From a virus (Duplodnaviria > Caudoviricetes), in the IMG/VR virus record IMGVR_UViG_3300022592_000005, positions 1 to 56,410 of that record: DNA of 56,410 bases; one strand, given 5' to 3'. A program made the translations under genes and the position numbers. The first letter of the stretch is position 1. The number at the start of each line of letters is the position of its first letter. The notes beneath the pieces were generated by a model. That model made no database searches. It saw only the letters and a program-made list of their open reading frames with translations, and was not told where the DNA came from. Of this stretch, positions 32,268 through 42,668 are shown in pieces.

Positions 32268-32629
32268 AGTGTCACCATTGCAACTAAACCGATATATGTG
32301 AGCGCATGCAGAAATTGATCGGCACCGAGTAACCACCAGAAATACTCACTATTGTCTGGCTTCCATCCCATAGATGCATTGAGATTCATCTTTGCCCAAT
32401 CAATGTGATAGTGAATCACCGCATCTAAAAACGAGAGATATAGCGCAGCCATTGGAGCATACCAAACGAAACAACACCATGTACCAATGCCATGAAGTGC
32501 AGCATGCAGGATACCACCAGGATGTCCATATGTGCCCTTGTTGCTCCACTGAAACTTAGTCTGAAGAATGAAGTCAACGACAAAGTGTTTCGTGAAGAGC
32601 AGTGTAATTAGAATCAGTGTGTCATTCAT
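32264..32629 (-). CDS. DUF3307-family membrane protein
   Basis: HF..DF.LQ, H...H, HY.ID..K, G.DQ.LH. Confidence 0.85.
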   Translation of the reverse strand: MNDTLILITLLFTKHFVVDFILQTKFQWSNKGTYGHPGGILHAALHGIGTWCCFVWYAPMAALYLSFLDAVIHYHIDWAKMNLNASMGWKPDNSEYFWWLLGADQFLHALTYIGLVAMVTL

Positions 32630-33584
32630 TTTCTATAGTTCCCGATAAACCCAAGGTTCTTTCCGCACTTGCGACAGATGGCATCACAGGCACGTGTCTC
32701 ATTGTATCCACCATCATGCTTACATCTTGCCTGTTTAATTGCTGTTTTAATAGAGAAGATAGCAAAGATTGTGAACATACCCAACATTATCACAATTGGA
32801 ATTGCGATGGCAATCACCTGAATCATTGCCCAAATTTCTAACCAACTCATTTCTTATCCCTCAATTGTGCCAGTGAATTCATGCAGTTGTTTATGCCAGC
32901 TTTCTTTCCGACATGGATTGCAACATCCCTTGGACCGAACTCAATGGTATCCTCATTATTCACATCGTACCACTCTCTTCGACATATGTTCATACACTCC
33001 TCGATAATTGAACTGGTTAGAGACTCAATAAATTGTCTTGGGATTTTGATATCTGGAGTGGACGACGCAACCTCATCGTATGCTTTCTCAACCAACGACT
33101 CAATCTTTTTGTTCATGATGTTGCCATGCACAGTACGATGAGAATCAGGATGAGCAACAGCAGTGCCTTTTCTGTATTCATTTCAAAACCTTCTTTTCAA
33201 AAATATAATGACCACCACGACGGGACTGAACCCATGTGATACTCCACAACATACTATTCTGTTTCATTGCATAGATGATGGATTCATTGCCAGACCAGCC
33301 AGCAGTGGAGATGTTGTATCGATAGTTGATATCCTTCTCATCCCACTCGTCTGGTTCATTACCCTCGGACCAACCCCAGCTACGCAGATGCCAGATGCTC
33401 TCAATGAATTTGAACCAACCCTCAGAGTCGGACCAGTGCCACTTCTCAATAATCTCAAGTGCTTCATCTGTTGGATAGCCATCGTCATCGAGCATCTCAG
33501 CTTCAGAGAGCAGGAAAGAGACACGTTCTTTGTATTCCCTCTCCTGCTTTTCAACGGCAATCTTCGCTTCTTCATATGGTGTCA

Positions 33585-34085
33585 TTATTCAACTCCGAAT
33601 CCGTTTGGTAGCCAGATGCAATCATTGCTAATGTATCCGCCAGTGGAACTGTGCTTCTCATCAGAATCATAGGTCAATCCCAATACCTTCATCATCTTGT
33701 GCTTCACACGCAGGTTTGGTTGACGGAAACGATCAGTGGGTGTGAATCCCATCATCGTTGCCACTTCAACAACTGCACCGCTACGACAGATACCAGCATG
33801 GCAGTGAACCACTACATTCATGCTGTTGTCAAGTGCATGTTGCAACAACCGCACCAATTCCTGTGCCTGCTCATCTTGAATCTTGCACTCGTCAGGAAAC
33901 CCATCGGCATCCTCGGCATCGAGAAACTCAAACTCATGCACTTCCTTGAACATGTGTGCATGTTTGATGTTTCCAAACTCTGTGGCTGGATCCTGAATTC
34001 GAATGAGCATGGCATTGGTGCCAGCATCCATATGGAATCCAAGGTTCACATCGCTCTTGCTCACATTTTCAATGAAACGAATCAT
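33585..34085 (-). CDS. Protein-tyrosine/dual-specificity phosphatase-like protein
   Basis: VHCHAGICRS (CX5R) P-loop. Confidence 0.85.
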   Translation of the reverse strand: MIRFIENVSKSDVNLGFHMDAGTNAMLIRIQDPATEFGNIKHAHMFKEVHEFEFLDAEDADGFPDECKIQDEQAQELVRLLQHALDNSMNVVVHCHAGICRSGAVVEVATMMGFTPTDRFRQPNLRVKHKMMKVLGLTYDSDEKHSSTGGYISNDCIWLPNGFGVE

Positions 34086-34582
34086 TTTGCATTCTCTGGT
34101 GTATATTGCGGATCCAGTGGAGCAACCTTCACTGGTCCAAATTTTAATTCAAATTGCGGCAGTGGCATTGAAGTAACATCAAATGTTTGTTCAGTGTCAT
34201 ATGCCAGTGTAATATGTGCCTTGTAGTGATCGTAGTCGGATGTGGCACCCTCATGTCCAAGTTTGCTATTCAGCATCTCAGCAAAGGGAAATTCCAATCT
34301 GGCAACGAGACACTTACCATCGTTCTTTGTGGGAAACACTTCATAACCAACAACACGTGCCGTTGAATCTGTTGTGTTACCAGCATACTTCTCGGCAGTT
34401 GGCACTGGCGTGCGAGAGTAGATAATGGTAATGTGATACGTATCTGGATTGACACGCTCATCTAGACCAAGGTTCATCTCAACGAAGTGATTCAACATTT
34501 GCTTCGACTGGTCATCAAGATCCATTGAAACATATGTCCCATCCTTGTGTGCAGCATATTCCCTTAAACTCATGAGATTCAT
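34082..34582 (-). CDS. 2H phosphodiesterase, Acb1/gp57B-like
   Basis: GTYV N-terminus, HITIIYSR and HITLAY 2H motifs, GATSDY..Y. Confidence 0.8.
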   Translation of the reverse strand: MNLMSLREYAAHKDGTYVSMDLDDQSKQMLNHFVEMNLGLDERVNPDTYHITIIYSRTPVPTAEKYAGNTTDSTARVVGYEVFPTKNDGKCLVARLEFPFAEMLNSKLGHEGATSDYDHYKAHITLAYDTEQTFDVTSMPLPQFELKFGPVKVAPLDPQYTPENAK

Positions 34583-34931
34583 TTTACATTCTCCAGTGTT
34601 TCAAACAACATCTTCCACTTTTCTGCTGGAGTGATAGTACCCTTTGCCATCTCAGTCAGAGCTTCTTCGAAACCAGCTGGGTGCTTGAAGTAGATGTCTG
34701 CATAAGTGCAATCAAAAGAATCATCCTCATCGTAGTCATACAATGGATGATCGGTTACCCATTCAGGAAAGTAGTCTTCACGATTACCGCCACCGCAACG
34801 AGTATGAACAACGATGTGATCTTCAGTGACATAAGTGGCACGGAAACGACCGAAGTCACCACGCTCGGCATCGAGCAACTTCAACAGAAAGTCAGTTGAG
34901 TCACCCTCACCAAATAACATATTATATAAAC

Positions 34932-35222
34932 TCATTTGATATTACTCCATGTTGCAAGTTTAAGTCGCTTCGCCTGAGATGCAACTGTCACTGCATTTGC
35001 ATCGATGATGTTTTCTTCAGTCATCATCTCAATCATACACAACAGGTCACCGATCTCTTCTTCGAGACGCTCTCGGTTTGATGCACCATTATGCATACCT
35101 TCAATACCGAAACGGAAAACCTTACTAATTGCCTGAGTCACCTCGGCACATTCTTCCTGACAGATAAGCATAATTTCTTCCTGTCGTTCAGATTCCATCT
35201 TCTTTACTGCAAATTTATTCAA
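34932..35222 (-). CDS. MazG-like nucleotide pyrophosphohydrolase
   Basis: EECAEV.QAISK..RFG, LEEEIGDL. Confidence 0.75.
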   Translation of the reverse strand: MNKFAVKKMESERQEEIMLICQEECAEVTQAISKVFRFGIEGMHNGASNRERLEEEIGDLLCMIEMMTEENIIDANAVTVASQAKRLKLATWSNIK

Positions 35223-35231
35223 ACACTTCTC

Positions 35232-35696
35232 CTACCAACTCGATTGATAATAAAAATCACACTTCGTGAACGCTGTATCATTGAGAATTTTAGTCAGTCG
35301 TTCAACAGTGTACCTCACGTCATCCATATAGTATTCATCATACTCAGTTGAGCCAAAGAAGAAACCACTCTGCGTCGGCAGTAATTCTTCACCCAACTTT
35401 GGATCGGCGATAATCTTTTCGCAAAGGTCAAGCAACGAACGCAGTTGATCACGTGACAACCATGTCTCTTGACACTCATCGACACCATCCTGACAATTAT
35501 CAACGAACCACTGGTGAATCTGATTTGCCTTTCGCCAGTATGCCACACGGAAAATTACTTCTTGGGCACCATAATCGCCATCTTCTTCACCATCGACATT
35601 GAAGATCTCATTGATCTTTTTAATTTTGTCAGTGTCAGTCGGATCGAAATACTTGCTCATGTATTTCTTGGCACTCAAGTACATATCTAAACCCAT
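35232..35696 (-). CDS. Hypothetical protein
   Basis: MGLDMYL, YWRKANQIH.WF, LP..SGFFFG..YD, YY.SSW motifs. Confidence 0.75.
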   Translation of the reverse strand: MGLDMYLSAKKYMSKYFDPTDTDKIKKINEIFNVDGEEDGDYGAQEVIFRVAYWRKANQIHQWFVDNCQDGVDECQETWLSRDQLRSLLDLCEKIIADPKLGEELLPTQSGFFFGSTEYDEYYMDDVRYTVERLTKILNDTAFTKCDFYYQSSW

Positions 35697-35698
35697 AA

Positions 35699-38046
35699 TC
35701 AATACTCCTTCTTACCACCAAATTGCTCATTCCAATCGTAACCAGCATGGTATGCTTCAAACTCATCGGATGTCTTTGCTTCGACACGTGGACCAGAGAA
35801 ACCACCGACGCCACCACGATGCGGGTCACGTGGGCGACCATACCATGAGTCAGCTGAACCACGATCAAAGAACGAGCCATGCTGCTTATCGTACTCCTCA
35901 GTCTGCTCTTGGATTTCTTCCCTGTCGCTGTCAATCATTTTGTTGTAGGCACGGGCAAAGTTCTCGAGTGAACCGAAGTTCTCAATAACCAACTGACTCA
36001 CGCTGCGAGTCACTTCGTCTCTAGTCATAATCATACTCATTATTTTGCGCCCTTCATTGCAGAAACACCAGAAGCCATCAAAGCCAAGCCAAGACCAGTG
36101 ATCAAAACAAGGGGAATCAACTGAGCATCGGTTGCAGTATCGAAACCACCTGCGCAACCGAAAACAACCAAGAAACCAACACCAGCACGAATAGATCCAC
36201 GCATAATCATTTCTCCTTAAACAAAGTCAAAAGCAGTTTCGTTACCAACACGGGAGATGATAATCCCGCAACGCATAGTATCCAACAACTTCGTTTCCAA
36301 CTTCACAGCCTGTTCAACGGAACACTCAACAAACAAAGAACCGCAGGTAAAGGCAGCAGGAACATTTCCAAGAAACTCAGAAACCACAGACAAAACACGC
36401 TTTTCGAAACTCATAATCAACTCCTTTTTCTCATCCTATACCTAAAGTATACCTGATTACAGAATTAATGTAAAGCACTATTTTAATAACCCTACTCGTA
36501 AAATGGGTATAAAAAACCCTTATAAATCAACGACTTATAAGGGCTAAAACACATAGGATAGCGATTCAGGGGACTTAGCCTATGCCAGACGGTAAATTTC
36601 CTCTGTATCTCGCTTTTTGAACTCAAAAGTCCGTCCACACTCGATACACTGGGTGTATCCATGGGTGATTTTGTTGGTTGTCCATGCCGTCTGAACCTCG
36701 AACCGACAGTTCTTTTTGCAGTCGGGGTCTGGGACAGATGTTACTGGGTTACTTTGCACCTTGCAGCATACCAACGACTTCAAGATAACTCTGCTTAATC
36801 AGTGTAGGTGCAGTGTCACCAGTGAAGTAAATGGAACATGAGTCTGTTCCCTCGAGAACAACAGTCACCAACGCTGGGTTGATTGCGATTGCTTTACCGT
36901 TGCCTTTTTGTGTGAGTGTAATCATTGTCATTTCTTGAACCATCCTTTTATAGTCTGTATCAAATTGTAAAACCTCATCGAGTGTTGTGTTCGACGAGGA
37001 CATTCCCTACCCTGTTTGCATAAATTGTCGCAACAATATTTGCTCATACAGCTCTCCTCAAAATTTTGATATTTGAATCTGGTGCCAGATAACATCTTGC
37101 CACAATTCTATGACCAAAGTGAGATGGGTCTGGTATTTTTGTTACTTCAATCAATTTGTTTTGAATCATATATTCGGCAAGTTGATATGCGAGTTGACTA
37201 CGCATCATCTCCTTTGCCTTTTCATTATTCACAACATTCATCATCTCATGGTCGTTGATCAGAACCGAGACTCTGATCAACTTTCCACCAATCTGATGAT
37301 CTTCGACTTTGATGTCGAAATTTCCCCATGTCATTTCTTCTGATCTTCCATATTGCGAATACGAATACTGAGATCGCGAGACTCGGCAATGAAGATATTC
37401 TTATTCATCTTAATGATATTTTCGATTCTTCGTAGACGAAGATAAACAATTACGAAACCAGCAATCAAAATGCATGTTGTGACTCCGAGACCAGCAACAA
37501 CACCAAGTGTCCAGTTCCATAAATCGTTTACTTCGCTAATCAGTTTCGTTATCATTTACAAGTCCATTACTGTGTCGATCTCTTTGTTCGTCTAGGTTTT
37601 GGAACTGTCTTTGTTCCTGCACTGTCAGTTCCTTGAACGTCTTTCTTGGGTTTGCGCACATTACGCAGTTTGGGTTCCCGCATGACACTGGGCTGTGCTT
37701 TAACAGCTCGTGGGGATTTTCCACTGGGATTCCGTGTGACTTTGCTATCTTTGTCTTTCTTTTCACCACCACTTGCTTTTGGTGAAGTCTTTCGCTGTGT
37801 TTTAGTTTTTGTTGCTCGTGTTCCATCGTCTTCATCCTCCATTGGTGCCCAAACTTTATCCATCCATTCTTTTTCACTAACCTCTCGGTAAGTAAATGTA
37901 TCTATCCAGAACAGAGACTCATTGAATTTCAAATGCGACTTAAGATTATATCCGCGACATGGAACTGTATGCGTGAATGCCTTCTGCTTTCCAGTTTGCT
38001 TCCATGTCACATCAATAAAAATGTAGCTCTGATTGTCCATTATCAA
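35699..38046 (-). other. Cluster of short hypothetical genes
   Basis: Consecutive coupled minus-strand ORFs. Confidence 0.55.
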
Positions 38047-39107
38047 AACGCCAAGTAATTGTAGCCAGTTTCTTTCTGACGAGTCAGTATCAACTGCTTA
38101 CCATCTGCGCTGACATAAGTGAACTTACCATCACGTGCATTCACTTCCTTCAGTTCGTTGGGAGAGAAGTGCACATCATGCCATGTGTCATCATCGGGAC
38201 GCTCTTCTTTAGGATCATCGTCCCACTCAACATAGACAGAGTTGGACAGAGGATTACCCTGCCATACTTTGGTGCGCAGTTCTTCTGGTGTGACAATCTT
38301 ACCATCAAACAGTTGAACATCGAACTTACCCTTGTTGTTGTATTCTGGCTTAGCATTCAGCATAGACAGAACTTCTTGAGGTGTTTCGTTGTAACGATTC
38401 ATCTCTTCAACAACTGCCTTCAACATATCAAAGTTGAATTGTTCAAACAGTGAAGCAATGGTACAGATCTTTTCGATGTGTTCCTTGTTGTTCAGATTGT
38501 CATGGCAGTATTCAACGATGAAGTCATGCTCAAGACCAGTGAAGTCCAACATGTAGTAGATACGACCAGGACGATTGCGCATGTGTTCATTGACACGCCA
38601 CTTGTCATTACATGTGATAACGAACAGTTTCTTTGAAGGAAACACGCCATCGAGCAATGTCAATGCTTGTTCTTGAGATTCATTATCGTAAACCTTCTCG
38701 AACTCATCGAACAGAATGATAGTTGGTTGTTCAATATCCTGCATGAACTTGTTGAACGCATCACCAGAGAATGGTGTGTTGATAATGATAGTGGGAATGC
38801 CCATCTTGGCACCATCGATAGACAGAGTTTTTGCAAGCAATGTCTTACCCGAACCCTTCTCACCATTCAACATTACGCCAGTTGAATTTGGTCGATCCAT
38901 GAATGTATTGAGAATACGCTCAGAGTGACGTGTTGTGTTTCCGTACAATTTTTTAATTTGCGGGAAGTCATCAACCATCTCAAGGAACAGGTTACCAAAC
39001 ATATCCTGTTTCACTGTGTAGTTTCCAACTGGCAATGTATCATGAAGATCCATCGCTTCCTCAGATGAAACACGGAAACTATTACCATTACGAATAAAAT
39101 AAGACAT
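38043..39107 (-). CDS. AAA ATPase
   Basis: GEKGSGKT, ILFDEFEK, LLDG, NRPGRI. Confidence 0.88.
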   Translation of the reverse strand: MSYFIRNGNSFRVSSEEAMDLHDTLPVGNYTVKQDMFGNLFLEMVDDFPQIKKLYGNTTRHSERILNTFMDRPNSTGVMLNGEKGSGKTLLAKTLSIDGAKMGIPTIIINTPFSGDAFNKFMQDIEQPTIILFDEFEKVYDNESQEQALTLLDGVFPSKKLFVITCNDKWRVNEHMRNRPGRIYYMLDFTGLEHDFIVEYCHDNLNNKEHIEKICTIASLFEQFNFDMLKAVVEEMNRYNETPQEVLSMLNAKPEYNNKGKFDVQLFDGKIVTPEELRTKVWQGNPLSNSVYVEWDDDPKEERPDDDTWHDVHFSPNELKEVNARDGKFTYVSADGKQLILTRQKETGYNYLAF

Positions 39108-39175
39108 CTACAACTCCATTTAATATAAGACAATTATACCCCATGACACATTGCATGTCAAGGGGTAATTTTCAA

Positions 39176-40570
39176 TCACTTGTTGCTATTGGCACGAACT
39201 TCTTCAAAAGAGATCTCACCAGTCAGTTTACCATCACGATAAACTTCTTGCAATACTTCAGTCCATCCCAAACCTTTGTCAGTCCAACCAGTTGGTTTAG
39301 TGACAGAAGATTGATACTCTCCACCACTTTCCCACAATGTGACACGACCAGCTTTGGATTTCTTACCACTGTCAGTGATAGGATCTTTTTGCACATCAAC
39401 CCACACTCCATTGATTTGAGCAGATGAACATTTCATTGCAAACTTTTGAGTATCACGATCCAATTGTTGCAACAATGCACCACCCATACCAAAGGCAATG
39501 TTATCAGCTGACCATCCGTAGACCATGAAGTCACCGAGAATCATGCGGATAGTGTGTTCATTGACACCATCACCCTGAATCAAACGCACATTGTTCAACA
39601 CCTTGAAACCTTTGTCGTTGGTAGTGTAACCGAACTTCTCACCAAGGATGCGAATCAACTGACGGCAGATAGTAAGTGGGTCGCCACTATCTGGACGAAT
39701 GACAACAGTAGCGCCACTCTCAACAATTTCTTGTCGGAGTTCTTCTCCCCAAAGTTTTGATGCGGCATTAAACACATCATAGCTATCAGAAACCACAGCA
39801 ACAATGCTGCCAGGTTTAGCAAAGTTAGTAAGCATATTGCGATAAGCATTTACTTCTCCATCTCGACCCCAAGAAGTGATAGTACTGTGTTCAGCAGCAG
39901 GGATACTGAATCCAGCAATTCCTCCGTTGTAATATTCACGAGCGTACAGAATGCCAGTGACAGTGTCACTACCCATAAAATTAACAAGGTGCGCAGCACC
40001 ACCAATTCCTGCACTTTCCATACTAGAAACACCCCTAGCACCAAAGTCATGTAGCTTAAAGTTGATAGTAGAAGGGTCACCAGTTTTCTCCAAATAGTCA
40101 AGAATTACTTTTTTGATAGATTTACTTTGTGTCGCAACAGTGGTAGGATACCATACCGCACGAAGCAAAGCAGTCTCAAGATAAGTTGTCAGCCAGTAGC
40201 ATTCTGGATCAGTGTTTTCAATTGTCGCCAGAACATTTTTAACAGGGACCACTGTGCCTTCAGGTACAGCACGAATAATGACTGGGAGATAACCTTTGTG
40301 CTGGCGTAGGATATATTCCCATCCATCTCGATTGAAGGGTTCTCCATGTGCCGTAAGAATCTCATCCGCAACATCAATGTCGGCTTGGGTAATTGGCTCA
40401 AGTAAATACTCCTTAATAAACGCTTGGAGACCGAACATCACAGTAGTGTCATATCGACCACCACGAGATTCAATATAAGAATATACACCAGTTGTGCCAA
40501 CTGGGTATTGTTTGAACATGCTAACTTTGTAGCTGTCTGTGTTCAACAGAATGTTTTTTGCGAGTTTCAT
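39176..40570 (-). CDS. nadV: Nicotinamide phosphoribosyltransferase
   Basis: TDSYK, LHDFGARG, SIPAAEHS, VSDSYD, IRPDSGDP, IQGDG, FGMGG.LLQ; GGAG RBS. Confidence 0.95.
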   Translation of the reverse strand: MKLAKNILLNTDSYKVSMFKQYPVGTTGVYSYIESRGGRYDTTVMFGLQAFIKEYLLEPITQADIDVADEILTAHGEPFNRDGWEYILRQHKGYLPVIIRAVPEGTVVPVKNVLATIENTDPECYWLTTYLETALLRAVWYPTTVATQSKSIKKVILDYLEKTGDPSTINFKLHDFGARGVSSMESAGIGGAAHLVNFMGSDTVTGILYAREYYNGGIAGFSIPAAEHSTITSWGRDGEVNAYRNMLTNFAKPGSIVAVVSDSYDVFNAASKLWGEELRQEIVESGATVVIRPDSGDPLTICRQLIRILGEKFGYTTNDKGFKVLNNVRLIQGDGVNEHTIRMILGDFMVYGWSADNIAFGMGGALLQQLDRDTQKFAMKCSSAQINGVWVDVQKDPITDSGKKSKAGRVTLWESGGEYQSSVTKPTGWTDKGLGWTEVLQEVYRDGKLTGEISFEEVRANSNK

Positions 40571-40580
40571 AGTAATCTCC

Positions 40581-41555
40581 TTACAGTTTTGCAAAAGCTG
40601 GCATCGGCATGACACCAGTAACCTTACTAATGATGTCTTTATGATCATCATACATGTCGATACTGTTAAGTGCATCAGTAAGTGGCACCCACTTGCACGA
40701 AGCAGCATCATCAGCACCATTGGCACGTGGTAATGAATAATCAGGGTTTGGGCTGATACGCATATACACTGCCATGGTGTTTCTTGGAATACCGAACGAA
40801 CGATAAGGATTATCGAACAATTCAGTCTTCACGATTGAGCCACGTAGAACCTTCTCAGGAACACGGACGTTTGTTTCTTCAATCAACTCTCTGATTGCGC
40901 AGTCAAGAAATGTTTCACGCTGATTGCGAAAACCTCCTGGAAGTGCCCATGCATCTTTTCCTGGGCTGAATTTGCGCTGAATGAGAAGGACATGTCCTTG
41001 GCACTCAAGCACTGCATCGGAACAGTTGAAGTTGAGAGTTTCGGGGAATGGATAATTTTTAAATAATTCTTTTTCTTTTTTGTAAAATGCATAGTCACCT
41101 TGAACAGTTGCTGGCATATCTGGATCTTTAAGATCAAACATGCGCTGACGAATATTAGTGGCGTCCATGTTGTATTGGGATTCAATGTCTTTAAATTTCA
41201 ATTCTGGAAACCAGCGAAGGTAGTTGTTACCTTCTTTCATGTGTCCGAACAGAATCGGCGAACCCATTTCAAAATGTTCAATGGTCGCACGTACATCTGA
41301 CATCCACTGTGTGTCACTGTATCGATAGTCGTTTAGGGGAATAATTTCGTAGTTATCAATACGAGCATTGTGCATTTTGAGACGAATCATATTTGATCGT
41401 TCTTCAAATGTCCAAGGGTTTTTGATACTACGACATGTGTTGGCTGAACCAACAAGGATGTAGAGTTTATCTACTTGGGAAGCAGCCACTCCAATTGCAT
41501 GGACGTGACCTTGATGAATGGGCTGGAATCGCCCGATGAATATACCTGTTTTCAC
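40581..41555 (-). CDS. nadM: Bifunctional NMN adenylyltransferase / ADP-ribose Nudix hydrolase
   Basis: GRFQP.H.GH, NP.TF.ER; WALPGGF....E......REL.EET Nudix box; DH..II. Confidence 0.93.
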   Translation of the reverse strand: MKTGIFIGRFQPIHQGHVHAIGVAASQVDKLYILVGSANTCRSIKNPWTFEERSNMIRLKMHNARIDNYEIIPLNDYRYSDTQWMSDVRATIEHFEMGSPILFGHMKEGNNYLRWFPELKFKDIESQYNMDATNIRQRMFDLKDPDMPATVQGDYAFYKKEKELFKNYPFPETLNFNCSDAVLECQGHVLLIQRKFSPGKDAWALPGGFRNQRETFLDCAIRELIEETNVRVPEKVLRGSIVKTELFDNPYRSFGIPRNTMAVYMRISPNPDYSLPRANGADDAASCKWVPLTDALNSIDMYDDHKDIISKVTGVMPMPAFAKL

Positions 41556-41653
41556 TTCTTAGCTCCTAAGAAAATTTTGGAAGTCAGATTTCACTGACTT
41601 CTTACTACCATAACTTAATTATACCATATTATTTAATTAAAGTCAAGCACTAT

Positions 41654-41902
41654 TTATCGCCCACGTCCAGCGGACTTTGCCATGGGTTTTTTGCTTGCAA
41701 TACGGTTAATTGCCTGTTTCACGAGTTTTGTAGCTTCACTATGGGTATAACCCTTAGTCTGAAGTTCCTTTCGTGCCTTCTTCTTCGATCGCTTCATCAT
41801 CTTCTCTGCATGGTATTTCTCAGAGAAAGACAATGGACGATTTGGTTCAGAGATTGTCAACTCTTTAATTTCTTTTGCTTCAACATCAGTGATGTCGTTC
41901 AT
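41654..41902 (-). CDS. Small basic hypothetical protein
   Basis: AGGAG RBS, 82 aa. Confidence 0.55.
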   Translation of the reverse strand: MNDITDVEAKEIKELTISEPNRPLSFSEKYHAEKMMKRSKKKARKELQTKGYTHSEATKLVKQAINRIASKKPMAKSAGRGR

Positions 41903-41903
41903 C

Positions 41904-42533
41904 TTATGCTCCTGTCAATGGATCGTTGGGAACAACATTCGTTGCAGCTTTCAATGTTGTAACTGATTGTAATTTATCTTCGTTAGTGAAGTTAATAGAA
42001 GCACCAGTTGCTGCATATGCAGTAGTGTATGTTGACAGAGTATCAAATCCACGTGATAGGTTACCAGCTGCAATGTTCATAGACTTGCTAGCCATGAGAC
42101 CAAGACCACCAGAGACAGAATCAACTGCATCAAAATTAGCACCGAGGAAAATAACTTCCCATTTCTTGTCTTCGAACTCTTTTACCTTTGCCTTGATGGA
42201 TGCCTGATTATGTTCACGAGATGCATTCTCATGTCCATCAGTCATAACAACCAGAATTGTTTTGCGAGAATCAGCTTTCTCGGCAGTGGTCATAATCTTA
42301 CCACATGAATCAAACAGAGCAGTCATACCACGAGGTTGCGCATCTTCGTTAGTTACGTCCTTCCAGTCACCAGCAGAACAATCACGGATTATTTCATACT
42401 GGTCATCAAAAGCTGCAAGATATACTTTATCTTTCTTCTTCAACTTTGATACATAATTATTAATAGATCCTAACGCTTCACTCCACAGAGTTGACATCGA
42501 ACCAGAACGATCTAACAAAATATACACATTCAT
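41904..42533 (-). CDS. vWA-domain protein
   Basis: LDRSGSM MIDAS, G.TAL.D, TDG.EN.S, FLGAN.D. Confidence 0.9.
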   Translation of the reverse strand: MNVYILLDRSGSMSTLWSEALGSINNYVSKLKKKDKVYLAAFDDQYEIIRDCSAGDWKDVTNEDAQPRGMTALFDSCGKIMTTAEKADSRKTILVVMTDGHENASREHNQASIKAKVKEFEDKKWEVIFLGANFDAVDSVSGGLGLMASKSMNIAAGNLSRGFDTLSTYTTAYAATGASINFTNEDKLQSVTTLKAATNVVPNDPLTGA

Positions 42534-42551
42534 ATGCTTCTCCTAAAAATT

Positions 42552-42625
42552 TGGAGCGGGATAAGAGAATCGAACTCTTAACCGAAGATTGGAAATCTGC
42601 TGTTTTACCATTAAACTAATCCCGC
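42552..42625 (-). tRNA. tRNA-Gly(TCC)
   Basis: Cloverleaf, loop TTTCCAA, CCA end. Confidence 0.92.
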
Positions 42626-42668
42626 ATGGTGAGAGTGTTTAACGAACACCCTCGAATCGTAAAGCTAC

